Under the pieces are notes generated by a model. It did not search any database and was not told the DNA's origin. It saw nothing but the letters and a program-made list of their open reading frames with translations. DNA of 64,000 nt. Origin: Octopus sinensis (Eukaryota). Position numbers and translations under genes: made by a program. Positions 40,117-54,050 of this stretch are shown one piece after another (position 1 is the stretch's first letter; every line of letters begins with the position of its first letter). The stretch lies in assembly GCF_006345805.1 (NCBI RefSeq), contig NC_042999.1, positions 138,136,001 through 138,200,000 on the forward strand, in the 5' to 3' direction.

Positions 40117-40387
40117 TAGTATCCGTATCTTCGGGGAGGCTGATCTCCCTTTGCAAGCTGGCAAGGACACCGAGATGGTGTCAGCTCTTCTGGTGACGTT
40201 GATGTTCGCCTGGGGCTAAATGCATCAGTAACACCCCCACCACCCCGCCCTGACCCTAGCCACATTCAGATGGCTGATCCCCCTTATGTTATAGAGCAGT
40301 TACTGTTTATATCTCGCTCAGAGATTTGTTATTGTTATCTACATATTTATACGGGAATATTCATCGTCTGAATACTTTTAGTCCTTG

Positions 40388-40770
40388 TGGAGGCGCAATG
40401 GCCCAGTGGTTAGGGCAGCGGATTCGCGGTCGTAGGATCGCGGTTTCGATTCCCAGACCGGGCGTTGTGAATGTTTATTGAGCGAAAACACCTAAAAGCT
40501 CCACGAGGCTCCGGCAGGGGATGGTGGTGATCTCTGCTGTACTCTTTCACCACAACTTTCTCTCACTCTTACTTCCTGTTTCTGTTGTACCTGTATTTCA
40601 AAGGGCCGGCCTTGTCACTCTCTGTCTCACGCTGAATATCCCCGAGAACTACGTTAAGGGTACACGTGTCTGTGGAGTGCTCAGCCACTTACACGTTAAT
40701 TTCACGAGCAGACTGTTCCGTTGATCGGATCAACCGGAACCCTCGTCGTCGTAACCGACGGAGTGCTTCC
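40388..40770 (+). mobile_element. tRNA-derived SINE (distinct family)
   Basis: A-box tggcccagtgg, B-box gtttcgattcc, then a ~300-bp non-tRNA body. Confidence 0.8.
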
Positions 40771-41071
40771 TCCCTTACTTTTAGTCCTTATTTTCTCGCT
40801 ATTTACATGTATATATATATATATATATGTATATATATTTTGTATATCTAACCCAAGCGATTAATTTGTTCATTTGCACCATTGCCTATGAATGGTGCAC
40901 CATTGCACCATTCATATACATACCTATATGTATGTATATGAAAAATATGAGGGGTTTAGTTCACTGATGATCTAAACCAATAGGTACGCTGTATGCGCTA
41001 TATTAGGGATCCGTAGTGGGCTTCTGAGTCAACAGATATATATTAGCAGTGTGTGTGTGTGTGTGTGTGTG

Positions 41072-41114
<43 letters not shown>

Positions 41115-41938
41115 CGAATGGTGCGTGGACGACACATGTTAGCCACTCAGAAATACACAAAGACTTAATTTCACTTAAGCGTTTATTCTTTGGTGTAAAA
41201 CTCACGGTTACTCAATGGTTACCTCACTTCGGCCTGTCTCTAGGTAGAAATGCCGGAGACTCAGAGAGAGGTATTCGGGTTGCACAAGTATTTATTACAT
41301 AATTCAATGACGTACAGATGTCTCTTTATGGTGACCTTAATCGTTATTCCATATACTGAAAATCCTATGGTGATACAAGATTGGTGACGTGTGCAGACTT
41401 AACCAGTCGGAAGCGTACAGTAAGTTACAACTCCCATCTGTCACATATGCCCCAAACCATGCGGATCTGCAACAAGACTGTATAGTCATATCTATGAGGT
41501 CATGGACAGAAAGTTACAAATGCTATCGACCAGAAGAAAGCACAAGAAGACGGTAATCATCCTATGAAAATGGAGCAATCTTCATAAATACATGCATGCA
41601 TACATACATACATACCTGCATACATGCATGCGTAAATACATACATACACACATACATACACACATACATACATACATACATACATACATACATACATACA
41701 TACATACATACATACATACATACATACATACGTACATACATACATATCTTTAAAATTTGTTTATGAGAAGCGTTTTGAATATGCAAATAAAGCTCCTATT
41801 ATGCTGGCCTCAGTCTATATGATGCTGACTGGCGATACTAGTTTTTCGGGGTTGCATCGAGCTGTACCGATATAATGAAGGGTAAATATAACAATAAAAA
41901 GAATAATTCTTGAATGGAATTTATAAATTCCATCCAAG

Positions 41939-43860
41939 GATTATTATTATTGTATCTTTATCACAGGTTTTGTTGGAGCTCCTGGAGTGTTGCATGCGTA
42001 GCGGGCTTACTACCTGCAGCCCACGGCACCATGCTATTCATTCTTTTCAGCTATCCAATACTTTCCTGATTATTCTGGCCGTGTCAAGGAGGTAAACCTT
42101 TTGTAACAGTTATTATGGGCACTCTATTCCAATTTCCTTTATATTCCCCCTTGATGCCTTCTGATACTGTTCCCAAAGACCCAACAATAATTGGTACTAT
42201 CTTCACCCTCTTCATTTTTCATAGACGGGCTATTTCGTACTTAAGAGGGTTGTATCTATCGCTTTCTTTCTTGACTATTCGTGGGTCAAAGGAGCATGCG
42301 ATATCAACTATAAAGCCCATGTAGTGCATCTTGTCCACCACCACTAGGTCCGGTCTGTTATGCTCTAGCATCTGAGCTGTTTGGATTGGGAAATCTCAGA
42401 AGATTTTGCTAGTGTTCGATTCTGTCACTCTCTGCGGTTTGTGCTCATACCACGTCTTGCCTCTTTTTCAGTTTCCAATGTAGCACTTTCGCTGCCTGAT
42501 CCAAATTGTAGTAATTTTGGGAAAGTCCAAGGCATTCGTTCGTGATATGAGCAACGGTTTCATCCATCCTATTGCAGATGCGGCAGAGCATTTCTAAGGT
42601 TGAGCCTCCAGTTCATAATCAAAGTTTGGTCTTGCACTGCTAGTATAGTGCTCTCGGTCTCTTTATTCCTTTCATCCCACCTATTTTTTTCAGCAACTTC
42701 TGTTGTGACTACATGGAATTGCTTCTGTAATCCCTTCTCGCGTAATTCTTCTTCATATCCTTTTTATAATTCTTCTTTTGTTTTCCATTTTTCTCTGCTC
42801 TCAATATTCCCTCGTTCCTAACTGTCGCTAGTAAGGTTTCCTTACTTTGGGCTAGGTATCTTATTAAGCTCTCGAGTTCGATATGCACGCAGTCTTCCAC
42901 ACTTATCAGTCCCCTTCCTCCATTTGCTTCTCTATATGCGATCAGTGTCTGCACGTGGAAGATGGGCACCATGCATCGTTATGAGCTTTCTTGACTTCCT
43001 GTCCATCTCCTTTAGCTCCTACATTGTCCACTTCAGGATTCCAGCGCCATACCGAACTACTGCGACTGCACGCGAGTTTATTGCCGAAATTATGTTTCTG
43101 ACATTCAGTTTTGAAGCCACTATTTTTCTCTTTCTCTGCAGATACTCTCTTTTTGTCTTTTACTTCATGTCGTGGTGTTTGATTCTATCTGCTTCAAGTA
43201 TTCCCAGGTATTTATAGCTGGATTGAGGTTGAATTGCCAACATCATTTTACCACTTAGCAAATATATGCCTTCTGTCCGGGCAAGCTTTCGTCGTCTCAT
43301 CACCAGCATAGCAAATTTTGAGAGTTCAAACTCCATCTTAATATCATCGGAGAAAATCTGCACAGACTGGACTAGGCTGTCCAGTTCTGCCTCAGTAGTT
43401 GTGAATAGCTTCAGGTCGTCCATGAATAGCATGTGGTTCAGTTTTCCCTTACCTCTTCCGAGATCATACTCCGATTTTGCTTTCTGTACCATTCAACTCA
43501 AGGTCATTCCCGATACGAATATCAGTGGGGACACAATGCTCCCCTCCTAGTACTTACTTCCCTGCTGTCAATTCCGTTCTCCAGCATTTCATACTATTCC
43601 ATATAAGGATTCTCATATTTTCTGCTACTCCATACGTTTCCATTGTTCTTATTATCCAGGAGTGTGGTATCATATCGTATGCTTTGCGATAGTCAACCCA
43701 TGCCATACTCAGGTTTTTATGTCTTCTCTTGCAGTTCCTGGTAATTAGATTATCAATTAAGAGCTGATCCTTCGTTCCCCGGATCCTTTTTCAGCACCCT
43801 TTCTTCAGGTTGAGTAGCCGAGCCTGCTCCAAAGATCCTTGAATAGGGTTGTTTAAGGAT
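41939..43860 (-). mobile_element. R4/Dong-clade RLE LINE, 5'-truncated, decayed
   Basis: [51 protein letters not shown] motif RPDLVVVDK..IVDIA, end LQKV..TARIIRKVL; (AAT)n tail at 41939-41951. Confidence 0.85.
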
Positions 43861-44182
43861 GATGAACAAAACATCCATGTTTCAAAATGTGAATTATTCA
43901 GACCCCAAATAATTTTTCTCGACACATGGCTATAATGCTCCCCTACCACTTCTGCTCTTGATCAGAGATGCACATCTCGTCAGCCACCAAGAGACATGCT
44001 CAACTGGTTAAGGTCAAGAAACTAATAAGCTAATCTGTGGTATGGAGCAGAATATTTGCTGTAGCTCATATTTTATACCAAGACAAAACAATGTACATGA
44101 TAACACTGCCAATCAGTTAAGATCAGAAGCCATGAGAATTACTGCCTGGAAATGTATCAGGGCATTACTACTACTACTACTA

Positions 44183-44223
<41 letters not shown>

Positions 44224-44230
44224 AACTACT

Positions 44231-46450
44231 ATTATTATTGCCTTTGCACAGCTTCTTACGCTGGAGATGTCCTGCGGTGTCAGCTGTTCACTAACAGTGA
44301 ACTAATGTAACATCCCTTATTTTTCGAGCACCTTCCGGATTATTCGAGCGCTTCCAAACAGTGCTGTTTTCTGTAATAAGGGTGGAGCAAGTGTCTTTGC
44401 TGTTAACTACCTGTCCCCTTCTCATGACTAATATTGTACATTTATCTATGCAAAATTCCATGTCCATATCTTACAGTCTGTATTACAGAATCTATCTCTT
44501 TTTCATTCTTACTAAAAAGCTTCAGATCATCTATTTAGAGCAAATGGTTAATTTTTCCCCTCACTATTTCTGAACTGATGCCCTACCTTTGCCTTCTTTA
44601 ATACTAAACTGAGGGGGGTCAAATATAAGATAAATATTAAAGGGGATAATGGGTCCCCCTGGAAAATACCTCTTTTGATATTAACTTTCCCTCAGAGTGT
44701 GTCACTTGAGTAGAGACCTACTTTCCATTTCGTCATGCTAAAGCTAATTAATTCTCCTATGTTATACAGAACATACTCAAACAGTCACTTATCCATGAGT
44801 GTGGGATCATGTCATAGGCTTTCCTGTAGTCTAGTCATGCTATTGATCGATTTTTCTCTCTAGCCTTTACTTCATTTAGAACTGCTTTGTCTATGTATAA
44901 TAGATTATGCGCTCCTCTTGCCTTCTTCCTGCAACCTGTTTGTTCTTCTGGTAGTAAATTCTGGATGTCAAGGTACTCGTAAATGCTTTCTGAAAGCCTT
45001 CCTGTTAACAGCTTCTACACTAACGGTAAGCAAGTAATCGGTTTATAGTTGCTAGTTGTATTATCTTTGCTCTTATCTTTCATAATGAGTTCTCCCTCTA
45101 GTCATTAAATCTGGTATTATTCCTCCATTAAGGCAATCCTGAAGTTGTTCCCTCAGCCTCCCATGTAAACTACTAAATTTCTTTAGCTGGTACCCTTGAA
45201 CTAAATCTGGTCATGTGTCCTTCCAATTCGGCATTTTCCCTAACACTTTACTCATTAATACTCTAGTCTTAGATCTAGCTGCTTCTTACTCACAATTTCT
45301 TCCCTCACTTTCTTTAACTATACTGCATCTCCATTATGATTGCTTGGCTTATCCCAAATATTACACCAGAACTTCCTAGTTTCTTCTGCATTAGGTTTCC
45401 CATCTTCAGTACTTCGTTCTCCACTATTTATTTGGTTATAAAAGCTTTGGTTTGTCTCAAATAATCTATTTTATTGATACTGATCTATTCTTTTCTTATA
45501 TCTGAAGAACTTGCCTGCAGCTGCTATGATACACTCTTTCAACTCTTCTATTACTGTCCCAAATCCTTTCTCTTTCACTAAGTATCTTTTCCTAAGGGAA
45601 GATTTGCATCTTGTGTTTCCTATCTTGTTCAGTTTCCAGGCTTCTATTTTATTCAGATCTTGTCTTAAAGTTTTCACTTTTTTTGTAGTTTTCTTTTCCA
45701 CATTTCCTCTTTTTAATGTTTCCTTGTGAAATATCTAATTTTCTAGTGACTACTGCCCTTCCTGCATAGATCAATAAGTTAGTGTCTCCTATATTTTTAG
45801 TATCTATCCTACTGATAACAGAATCTACTTTCCTAGTCATTTCTAGCAGCTTCCTTCTGTTGGTGCCTATTAATGCTGGAAATCTTTTTCTTCTTTACTC
45901 ATTACTTCCTGCAACTCATCCAAAAATCTTCTGATCTTCCCCACTTAAATCACTTAAGTCGCTGGTGCCAGTAGTCCCTTCCTTATTGGAAGCGTTATTA
46001 TTTTTTCCTTTAGGTTCTTCTTTGATTTGAAGTGTATCTCTTACGTTGTTGCTTGTATTTCCTACTGCCTGGTCTTTCTTTTCCAGTTCTCTTGTGATCT
46101 CTTCTACCTCCAATTCTGTCATCCACTTTCTTCTCTTAATACCATTAGCTTGAGCTACTAATCTCTGCTCAGTCACTTTAAACATACCCAAAGTGTTAAC
46201 ATCCGTTAACATTTTGTTCTATAGCCCCTTCTTTTAGGTTCACTGTCTAAGTAGCACTGCATCACTATCCTATTTTCTTCGCTGATCCACTTCCTCCCCC
46301 TTACTCTATTATTTGCTGATGCTGTCTTAGGATAGTAGCTGTGGTCAGTCTACATCTTTACTGAACCACTGCCGAGCGAGAAGCCTTCCTTTAAAGGTCC
46401 AACTTGATTTTCGCTGTTACATTCAGAGTTTCTTCGGAAACTCCTATCTC
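44231..46450 (-). mobile_element. Second R4/Dong-clade LINE (different subfamily), internally deleted
   Basis: N-terminal RKW..EENRIVMQCY...FKVTEQRLVAQ; RT INHLL*IDDLKLF (~44560-44500) jumps to the 3' end LQKTALFGSARIIRKVLEK* near 44400; (AAT) tail next to (TAC)n. Confidence 0.8.
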
Positions 46451-47089
46451 TCATAAACTGAGGTAAGGTAACGTTTATCATCAACGTAATCACCACTGTT
46501 ATTTTTCGACATCCGATAGTTTCAAGCAACTTTCTAATGCAGCATTTTTGGGGGGTGGGAGATATTGCATTGTATCGGTATGTTTTGTTATGGGCTTTGG
46601 TTTGAGTCTTCTGTTGTGTTAGTTTTTGTATTGTGTGTTGTTTGTGCAGTGCAGGTTTTGTTCTTCTGTCGGGTATCGTTAATTTTGTTGGGTATTTTCG
46701 GTATGAGTTTATTCCTATATGCTTTTGCAGGACTGTTGCATAGTAGCGTGTGTAAATCATAAATCGACTATTTCATAGTCTTTATGGTTATCTGTCCACC
46801 ATTTATTTGGTTGGTGGACTATTTTGGTTGGTTTTGTTATGGGTTCGTTTTTGCAGCGTTTACTTTTTTAACTGAACACCATCCATGGAAAGTGTTGATG
46901 TTTCTTTCGTAGTTATAATTATTATTGATGTATCAGTGAGAGACCGAGAAGAAACAGCAATGTGCATACATATAAAGGTCTTGTATTAATATCGATGTAT
47001 GTGTAATTAAAATAAAAAAATTAAAAATTTTACTGACAGCTTCGAAGTTTTCGTATATAAATATCGCAGTGTTTACATTTTTGCGGACT

Positions 47090-47190
47090 TTTCTTCTCTT
47101 CTTCTCTTCGTCTTCTTCTTCTTCTTCTTCTCTTCTTCTTCTTCTTCTTCTTCTTCTTCTTCTCTTCTTCTTCTTCTTCTTCTTCGTCTT

Positions 47191-47221
<31 letters not shown>

Positions 47222-47342
47222 TTCTTCTCTTCTTGTCTTCTTCTCTCTTCTTCTTCTTCTTCTCTTCTTCTTCTTTCTTCTCTTCTTCTTCTTCTCTTCT
47301 TCTTCTTCTTTTTCTTCTCTTCTTCTTCTTCTTCTTCTTCTT
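47090..47342. repeat. (TTC)n polypyrimidine microsatellite
   Basis: Direct reading. Confidence 0.95.
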
Positions 47343-47914
47343 GTATATCTTCCGATATACTGGAAGCAACAGAGTGCTTCCGGTATATCCGTTATATACA
47401 CTTTTATTGTTCGTATTATATACTCTAAAGTTTTAAACTTCTACGTCATACATCTACGATCTGGTCAATAGCCCTGTGTCAAATTCTAATTCGTAGACGT
47501 TTGACGTAATCGTTGGGTACTAAGTATACAGAAGTAGTAAGAAATTTTAGAGAGAGCTGAACTGTATAAAATTTTCAGAAAAAAACTTGCTCATGACTTT
47601 TTATAAGTGTTTCGATTCTTGACTCCGGACATTCTAAGTGGGCCGGACTGCACCAATTTCGTGATTCCTGCTTCGAATCTACATCCTCCGGTATGATAAA
47701 GTGCCCGAAAGCTAAGTCACTTTTAGGGTGAATGTTGTAACTACGTAGCAGTGAGACACAATCTGTAAATAGGGAAAGCTATGCCTTCTGAAGTTCACTT
47801 TTGTACCTACTTCACCAGATCGAGTTAGAACTGTTTTCACTTCTACTATTGTCTTTGGGTCTCTGACCTTCTTCCCTTCAAGACTGAGAATATCGTAATA
47901 TATACAAGAAAGCA

Positions 47915-49035
47915 TACGAGGGTGGGGTAACTGGTAGCAATAGCAGATATAACGTCGTCATCATTGTGATACTGGTTCCCAGTCAAGTGTTTTTTAATGT
48001 TGGGGAACAGATGATAGTCAGATGGGGCCAAATCAAGAGAATAGGGAATTTGATCAACCAGTTCAAAGCCACAGTCACGCACAGCATCCATTGAAACTAA
48101 GGACTTGTGTGCTGGAGCATTGTTCTGATGAAACAAAGCCCCTTTCGTCAAATTTCCTGGGTGTTTGGCTTTGATAGCGTTTCGTAACTGCCTCAGCAAG
48201 TTGGTATAGTACTTTTCATTGATGATGTAGCCCTTTTGAAGATAGTCAACTAATACAATGCCATTTGAGTCAATAAACACAATGACTTTTGCATCGCAAA
48301 GAAACTGAGACTATTACCTTCCTTTTAGATGTAACGTCCTTGGCCTTCTTTGGAGCAGCCGAGGAGTGGTGGTTCCCTGCATAGATTGTCTCTTTGTCTT
48401 TACTTCAAAGTGACGAAGCCAACACTCATCATGATTTAGGAAACGTTTTAGGAAACCAGTTAGATCCGCCTTAATCAGTGTCAGATTTTCTCGTGATGTG
48501 ATCAGCCTGGTGCACTTTTGATCGGGTGTCAGTAGAGTGACACACACCGAGCAGAAATCTTCGTCATGACAAATTCATTGCGCAAAATATTTGATTTATA
48601 GTCAATCGCCTATCATCCATCAAGATGTGGTGAATATGACCAACGTTTTCCTTGGTGGTGGCAGTTGCAGACTTTGGGTCATCTTCAAGATTTCCTTCGC
48701 TTCCCTCCTAAACACAGCTGGCCGCTTTTGCATTGTTGATAAAGCTGGAGCATCATCCCCTAATGTAGCAAGCATGTCACCATGAATGTTCTTGGCATCT
48801 AAACCCTTTTCCTGCAGGTACTTGATCACACCACGATGCCAAATTTTGTCCATTTTCAAGATAAGTCGCTACTAATTATTTTTGAAGTCTTCTTTGAACA
48901 GCTAGGTGTTAATTTACCTGGAAAGAAACTATGACGTTATTAGTAAGAAGGGTTGAAATAAATGCATGCAAAATTTCATAGCTTTAGCATCATTTCTTCA
49001 TAGTCAACCTACGAACCTTTCGGGCCATCTTCGTA
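47915..49035 (-). mobile_element. mariner transposon, near full-length, decayed (same family as 32990)
   Basis: MDKIWHRGVIKYL..., NHDECW (D), FHQNNAPAH, PYSLDLAPSDYHLFP; termini tacgaagatggcc / tacgagggt. Confidence 0.88.
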
Positions 49036-49262
49036 TATAAGCATGCTTTCATTTGTATGTTACGATATATGTGCATTTTAAATGACTATCATGGCACTTC
49101 CGGTATGTAAATTCCGTGACGTCATTTGTACCGTCTTGAAAAAAAAACTTTGATAAACACTAGTCGTAGATTCATTATTGCTGAATAAAAAAATGGATGG
49201 TCTGCTGATCAAGGATAACAAAACAACAACAACAGTAGCAGCAGCAGCAGCAGCACAACAAC

Positions 49263-49311
<49 letters not shown>

Positions 49312-51411
49312 AAACAACAACAACGGCAGCAGCAGCAGAAGCAGCAGCGGCAGCAGCAGCAGCAGCAGCGGCAACAGCATGACACTAGCCCTGGCGGCTC
49401 TGCATCAAGTTGGCTCTGTAACATCGATCATTCTTTAAGATGTACCAGCTGACTGCAAGTTAATGATATATTTTCGTCTGTTTTACAGTGCTGTCGCTCT
49501 TTGCAGTGAAGGGTGAGCAAATGTTCCAATTGGGAGGAGCTCACAATTTCGGGTGGACCTGCCAACCTTATAAAGAAAAGGAGCTGGCCCTTTCGTACGG
49601 ACTATTTACTGTTAGATAGTTTGAGAGAGCGGTTTCTTTGACAAAGAATTACTTATATTTATACAAGTTGTTTTAGTTCTTTTATTCTGTTGTGCTTCTT
49701 ATCCACTCTACATGTACCTGTATTTACCCGTAACCCATATATAAATCATATGTGCTTAGCATTGGTTACTAAAATAGTAAATATACATTATGAAACGTGG
49801 CATACATTTCACATCCGGCATATGTTTATTGCCCGCTTTGAACAGGCCTGACTGTGGCTTTTTATTGCTTTGTGATTTGAGTCACGTTTAGAACATAACA
49901 AAATATATCACGTTTCACGCCTCAATCAGTGTACCATTATGTGACCGCGCCCAGATTTACCTTAACTTATGGCACAACTGGAACAACTTTGATTAAAAGT
50001 CGGTTCAATCATGACTGATTTCACTGTAGGCAACAAGGGCATTATGGTAATTTCCATTTTCAAAACTTTTGCTTTGTTAATCGACCGGCTTGAAAAAGCA
50101 GCCTATTATCGACCAAATAATTTCCTATTATCCTTAGTAAAGTAAGGTTACGTTAATTAATAAATTCTTAGACATCCTCCTGAAAAGACGGTGTTATCAT
50201 GATTGGAATGTCTTTGATCATGGGTTTGCCAATCCAGGGTTGATCTGGAGCTAAGCTACAACAATAACAACATCACGAGTCAAGTCACTTCCAATCACAA
50301 CCTACTGTCTTAAGTATGAAAATGACGAATTAAATAATAGAGTTCGACATGCCCCTAGAAAGACGGGATGGTCACAACCGGAATACCTTTTAGTATACTC
50401 AGAATTAGTTGACTTGGAGGTTATGCAATATTAACGCCATTAACATTGTCTTCAAAACCTCATCAAACAATATCCTTTTACTTCAAAAACTTAGGATAAT
50501 GTAGCCATAGAAACGTTATGTTTTTAAAAGAAGAAAAAAACAAGATGGTCATATTTAGAACACCTTTCAGCCCTTTCATCATTGATCTATTGAATTAGAT
50601 TTGACTTAATCACTTTCACCATTATGACCGCCGGCGCCGACGCCACCAACACTTGTTCTGCTTTATTAATAGCCTGATTCACACGGACAGAGATCATCAC
50701 AGGGTGTCTACATTGTTGTGACTATCCTTAGATCATTGAGGATTAAGTATGTCACGGATACATGTATTAGTGGTTGGGGTAAGCTATCGGGCTATCAGCT
50801 TGAAGAGTCGGTGTAACAACCGATTCTTCAGTGGAAAGCCTGGTTGCTTATCGACTCGATATGTGGGCACACATATACATACTGCATATATGTATATGTA
50901 TATGTATATGTATTTATATATATATATGTACAAAAAGGGTGAAATATAATTAATTGTATATTGGATACTATTACTCCCTCACAATAAATCTGCGAAACTT
51001 CGTTTCGTTGGTAATGTTTTGTAACTCACGTGGTAATTTTGGAGGGAGATACGAATTCGCCTGTCTATATAAATGTAGAGATGCTAGCGGACGGTTAGAT
51101 CGTTCGATGTCGCCTGATCGAGCTGGTGTAATGGGTGAGTTTGTTTTCCTAGCATTTCTAGATTTATAGGAAAATATTATATTGACAATGAAATGAACCT
51201 TCGGTTCTAATCCAGAAACAATTCGTCTATAATTAATCCAATAGGCTGGGATTTCGTTATTTTCTTTCTCTTTACCATATACGGGTTACAAATTCTGTTT
51301 GTTTGTAGAGACTTTTTTATTAGTAGGAGAAATAGTGATCTATTTGGCTGCTATTTCTAATATTTTCGGTATGTGGTTTGAGCAACTTGTTGCAATTAAC
51401 CCTTTATTATG

Positions 51412-51471
<60 letters not shown>

Positions 51472-51699
51472 TAAAGTGTGTGTGGGTGAGAGAGAGAGAG
51501 AGAGAGATGACAGAAGTAAATAGACACCCTTATAATCATTAAGATTTCTTTAAATCTGAAAATATACATTCAAATTATTTATTAATTGTTATGTGAATCC
51601 TTAATATTTTGTAGACATGCCCTTTACATTTTTCATTGCAAGGACCCTATTAGGCATGTTACTGATTAGATGACGAATATTCTATTGCGGAATTTCTTG

Positions 51700-52625
51700 C
51701 CAAGTTTCATGCAGTAATCTCAATAGATCTGGCTTTGAAAATGTTTTCTTGTTCTTTTTATGAAGTGTCCTGTCGATTATGTCCCAGAAGTGTTCAATAG
51801 GGTTCATATCTATCTAGTCACTGGCTTGGCCATGGAAGCTTTTTAATGCCATTCTCATCCAACGAATCTTGGGTCATTTTAACCGTGTGACAGGGAGACC
51901 CATCTTCCATAAATAAAGTCTTATTTAATCATTTCATCACTGGAGAAGATTGGAAGGAGCCCTTTCTGCAAAATGGACACATATTTATCTGAGTTTATGT
52001 TTCCCTCACACTCCACTATCTCTAATCGACCATTGCTCCAAATTGCTCCCCAGACCATCACAGGATAGCTGTTGTGTTTCATTGTTAGCTGCAGTCTCTT
52101 TACATCAAATTCTTGATCACAGAGTCTCCAGACCCACACTCGACCTTTGTCAGGAAATACAGCAAATCTGGACTTATCAAAGGATATGACAGTGTCCCAA
52201 AAAGCTAGTGGCTTCTCCACCATCTCACTAGCCCAATCTTTTCTCTGCTTGATTTTGGCTGGTCGAAGAAGTGGCTTCCTTCTTGCTGCTCTGCTATAGT
52301 AACCAAGATTGGGAAGATGCCTGACAGCTGTTGTGGGACTGGCATCCACTTGTTCTGCTATGTCAGAGGCCTTGCAACGAAGATTATCCTCCATACTTCT
52401 CTTAGCAAAAAGAAGGATCCCGTCAGAGGGCCCGGGTTGATCTAAGTGAAGTGATGTGGATTCCTTTCTCTCTCTGGTGAATTGCACAATCACTCAATTA
52501 ACTGCAGAGAGCGGGACTCCAAGGTTTTCTGTGACTTTATGCTATGTCTACCTTCAGAATGACCCACAATGCGGCCTCTTTGAAATTCAGACAGTACATG
52601 GTATAATTAAACAGTCACATATAGA
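51700..52625 (-). mobile_element. Tc1-family transposase fragment
   Basis: AARRKPLL..KQRKDWA..FWDTVISFDKSRF...VMVWGAI...INSDKYVSIL; then FMEDG.PCH and WPSQ. Confidence 0.85.
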
Positions 52626-52736
52626 ACCTGAAACATAAAAATGTCAATTAATAAAAAATATAAACCCTTACATGTTAGAATAAACATGAAACGATGTTTT
52701 ATGGGGTGCTTATTTACTTCTGTCTTGTGTGTGTGC

Positions 52737-52826
<90 letters not shown>

Positions 52827-52889
52827 AAAACGGTTATATTCTTCCCCATGCAACTTAAAGTTTCGTAGGCTCGTTACAGGAACTTAGCT

Positions 52890-53030
52890 CGTCGGCGCGT
52901 TGTCCAGTGGTTAGAGTGCTGCACTCACGATCGTGAGATCGTGGTTTCAATTCCCGGACCAGGTAGTGCGTTGTGTTCTTGAGCAAAAACACTTCGTCAC
53001 GCGTTGCTCTGCGATCACTTCGACATCTGA
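52890..53030 (+). mobile_element. tRNA-derived SINE head with CORE-like box
   Basis: tgtccagtggttag...gtttcaattcc...tgttcttgagcaaaaacact. Confidence 0.75.
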
Positions 53031-53184
53031 CAAGGTCGATTTGAGCTAACGTACAGCACATACATTTGACCACAATAAGTAAAAAAAAACAACCCATTTG
53101 TGTAGATAGTTCAGCAAAAGCTGAGTACTCATACGTCGTCTTCGACGGGAGATTCCATCTCATATAAAAGATTAAAGATCCTCC

Positions 53185-53510
53185 ACTCCTTCGGTCACGA
53201 ATGACCATGGGATTGCACCTAGATTCTTCCCCTCCGTGGCACAAGTCCGGGCAAAGGTTGTTTGCGAAGATCAGCAGTCGCCCATGCATACCCTGCATAC
53301 CAACAACCCATCTCCACGTCACCGATGTTATCTAAGGGAAAGGCAAAGGCCGATACAGCTTGGCACCAGTGACACCGCAACTCATTTCTACAGCTGAGTG
53401 AACTGGAGCAACGTGTTTTGCTCAAGAACACAACACACTGCCCAGTCCGGGAATCGAACTTACAACTTTAAGATTGTAAGCCCGTCGCTCTGCCCACTGA
53501 GGCATGCGCC
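53185..53510 (-). mobile_element. SINE family B
   Basis: Reverse-complement homolog of 27653-27990. Confidence 0.85.
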
Positions 53511-53769
53511 TATATATTTAGTATTAATTGTCAGAAAAACAGTACTCAGTACTATGGGAGAGATTAATGATATTTTAGTTTGGTCGAGTTAATCTCTTGG
53601 TACTCTGAGTTTCAGCTGTAGGTGCACAGTATCTTCAGGCAAGTTCTGAGTCACAGCTTGCCTGACATGGTGAAGTGTAGTGGAATAAAACTTATTCAAA
53701 ATGGCTCACTCACACCCTGAAATAATTCATTTTAATTAGTTTAGCATGAAGTAACGGGGCTGTGCTCAA

Positions 53770-54050
53770 GGTCTTTGCAGGTCCCCTGAGACCGGTGAGA
53801 TTGAGGCTATTAACATTCCGCTTGAACTCTTGCAAACTGACAGCTGCAGAAACAAAATCACACGTGCAGGGATGGAATTTCTTGTGGGTAGATGTTCTGG
53901 TTTGGAAGGAGTGGGTGTGGGGTTTAGTGCATCCCTGAAGCTGTGACGAAAGTAAGGTGGACGAGTGAGTAGGGAGTGCCTTGCAAGAGACCAGCTTCCG
54001 CACAATTTCTGTCGATAAAATTCCATTCACCAAGCCTTAATCGATCAGAG
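53770..54050 (-). mobile_element. Jockey/CR1-group LINE extreme 3' coding remnant
   Basis: FYRQKLCGS...TR...H...RT..H..F.P.T...SLQEFKRNVNSL resembles the post-RT C-terminus of this LINE group. Confidence 0.45.

Larger units (their letters stand above)
39542..40336. mobile_element. Non-LTR retrozyme-like insertion, locus 1 (358-nt unit, partial tandem plus inverted arm)
   Basis: 39543 and 39901 are equivalent positions (358-nt period); inverted arm 40061-40336; 12-bp TSD tatctacatatt at 39530-39541 and 40336-40347; carries hammerheads. Confidence 0.85.

Noticed and set aside
39567-40265. Duplicated ORFs MWLGSGRGGGG... (and MDVTRRADT... at 61444-62146)
   Set aside because: They arise from the inverted and tandem repeat itself; the start codons and frames are not conserved between the two subfamilies.
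46340-46520. HDV-like ribozyme expected at the 5' end of the R4-type element
   Set aside because: I could not build the nested double pseudoknot by eye.
46480-46960. T/G-rich stretch resembling a LINE ORF1 tail on the minus strand
   Set aside because: Only compositional similarity to the Tx1 ORF1 tail; no diagnostic motif.
49178-49438. Poly-N/poly-S ORF resembling a transcription-factor low-complexity region
   Set aside because: Pure CAA/CAG microsatellite with no recognisable domain or supported splice context.
51060-51140. TATA-like tatataaatg followed by ATG and a gtgagt donor (possible first exon)
   Set aside because: Such motifs are expected by chance in AT-rich DNA and no downstream exon is supported.
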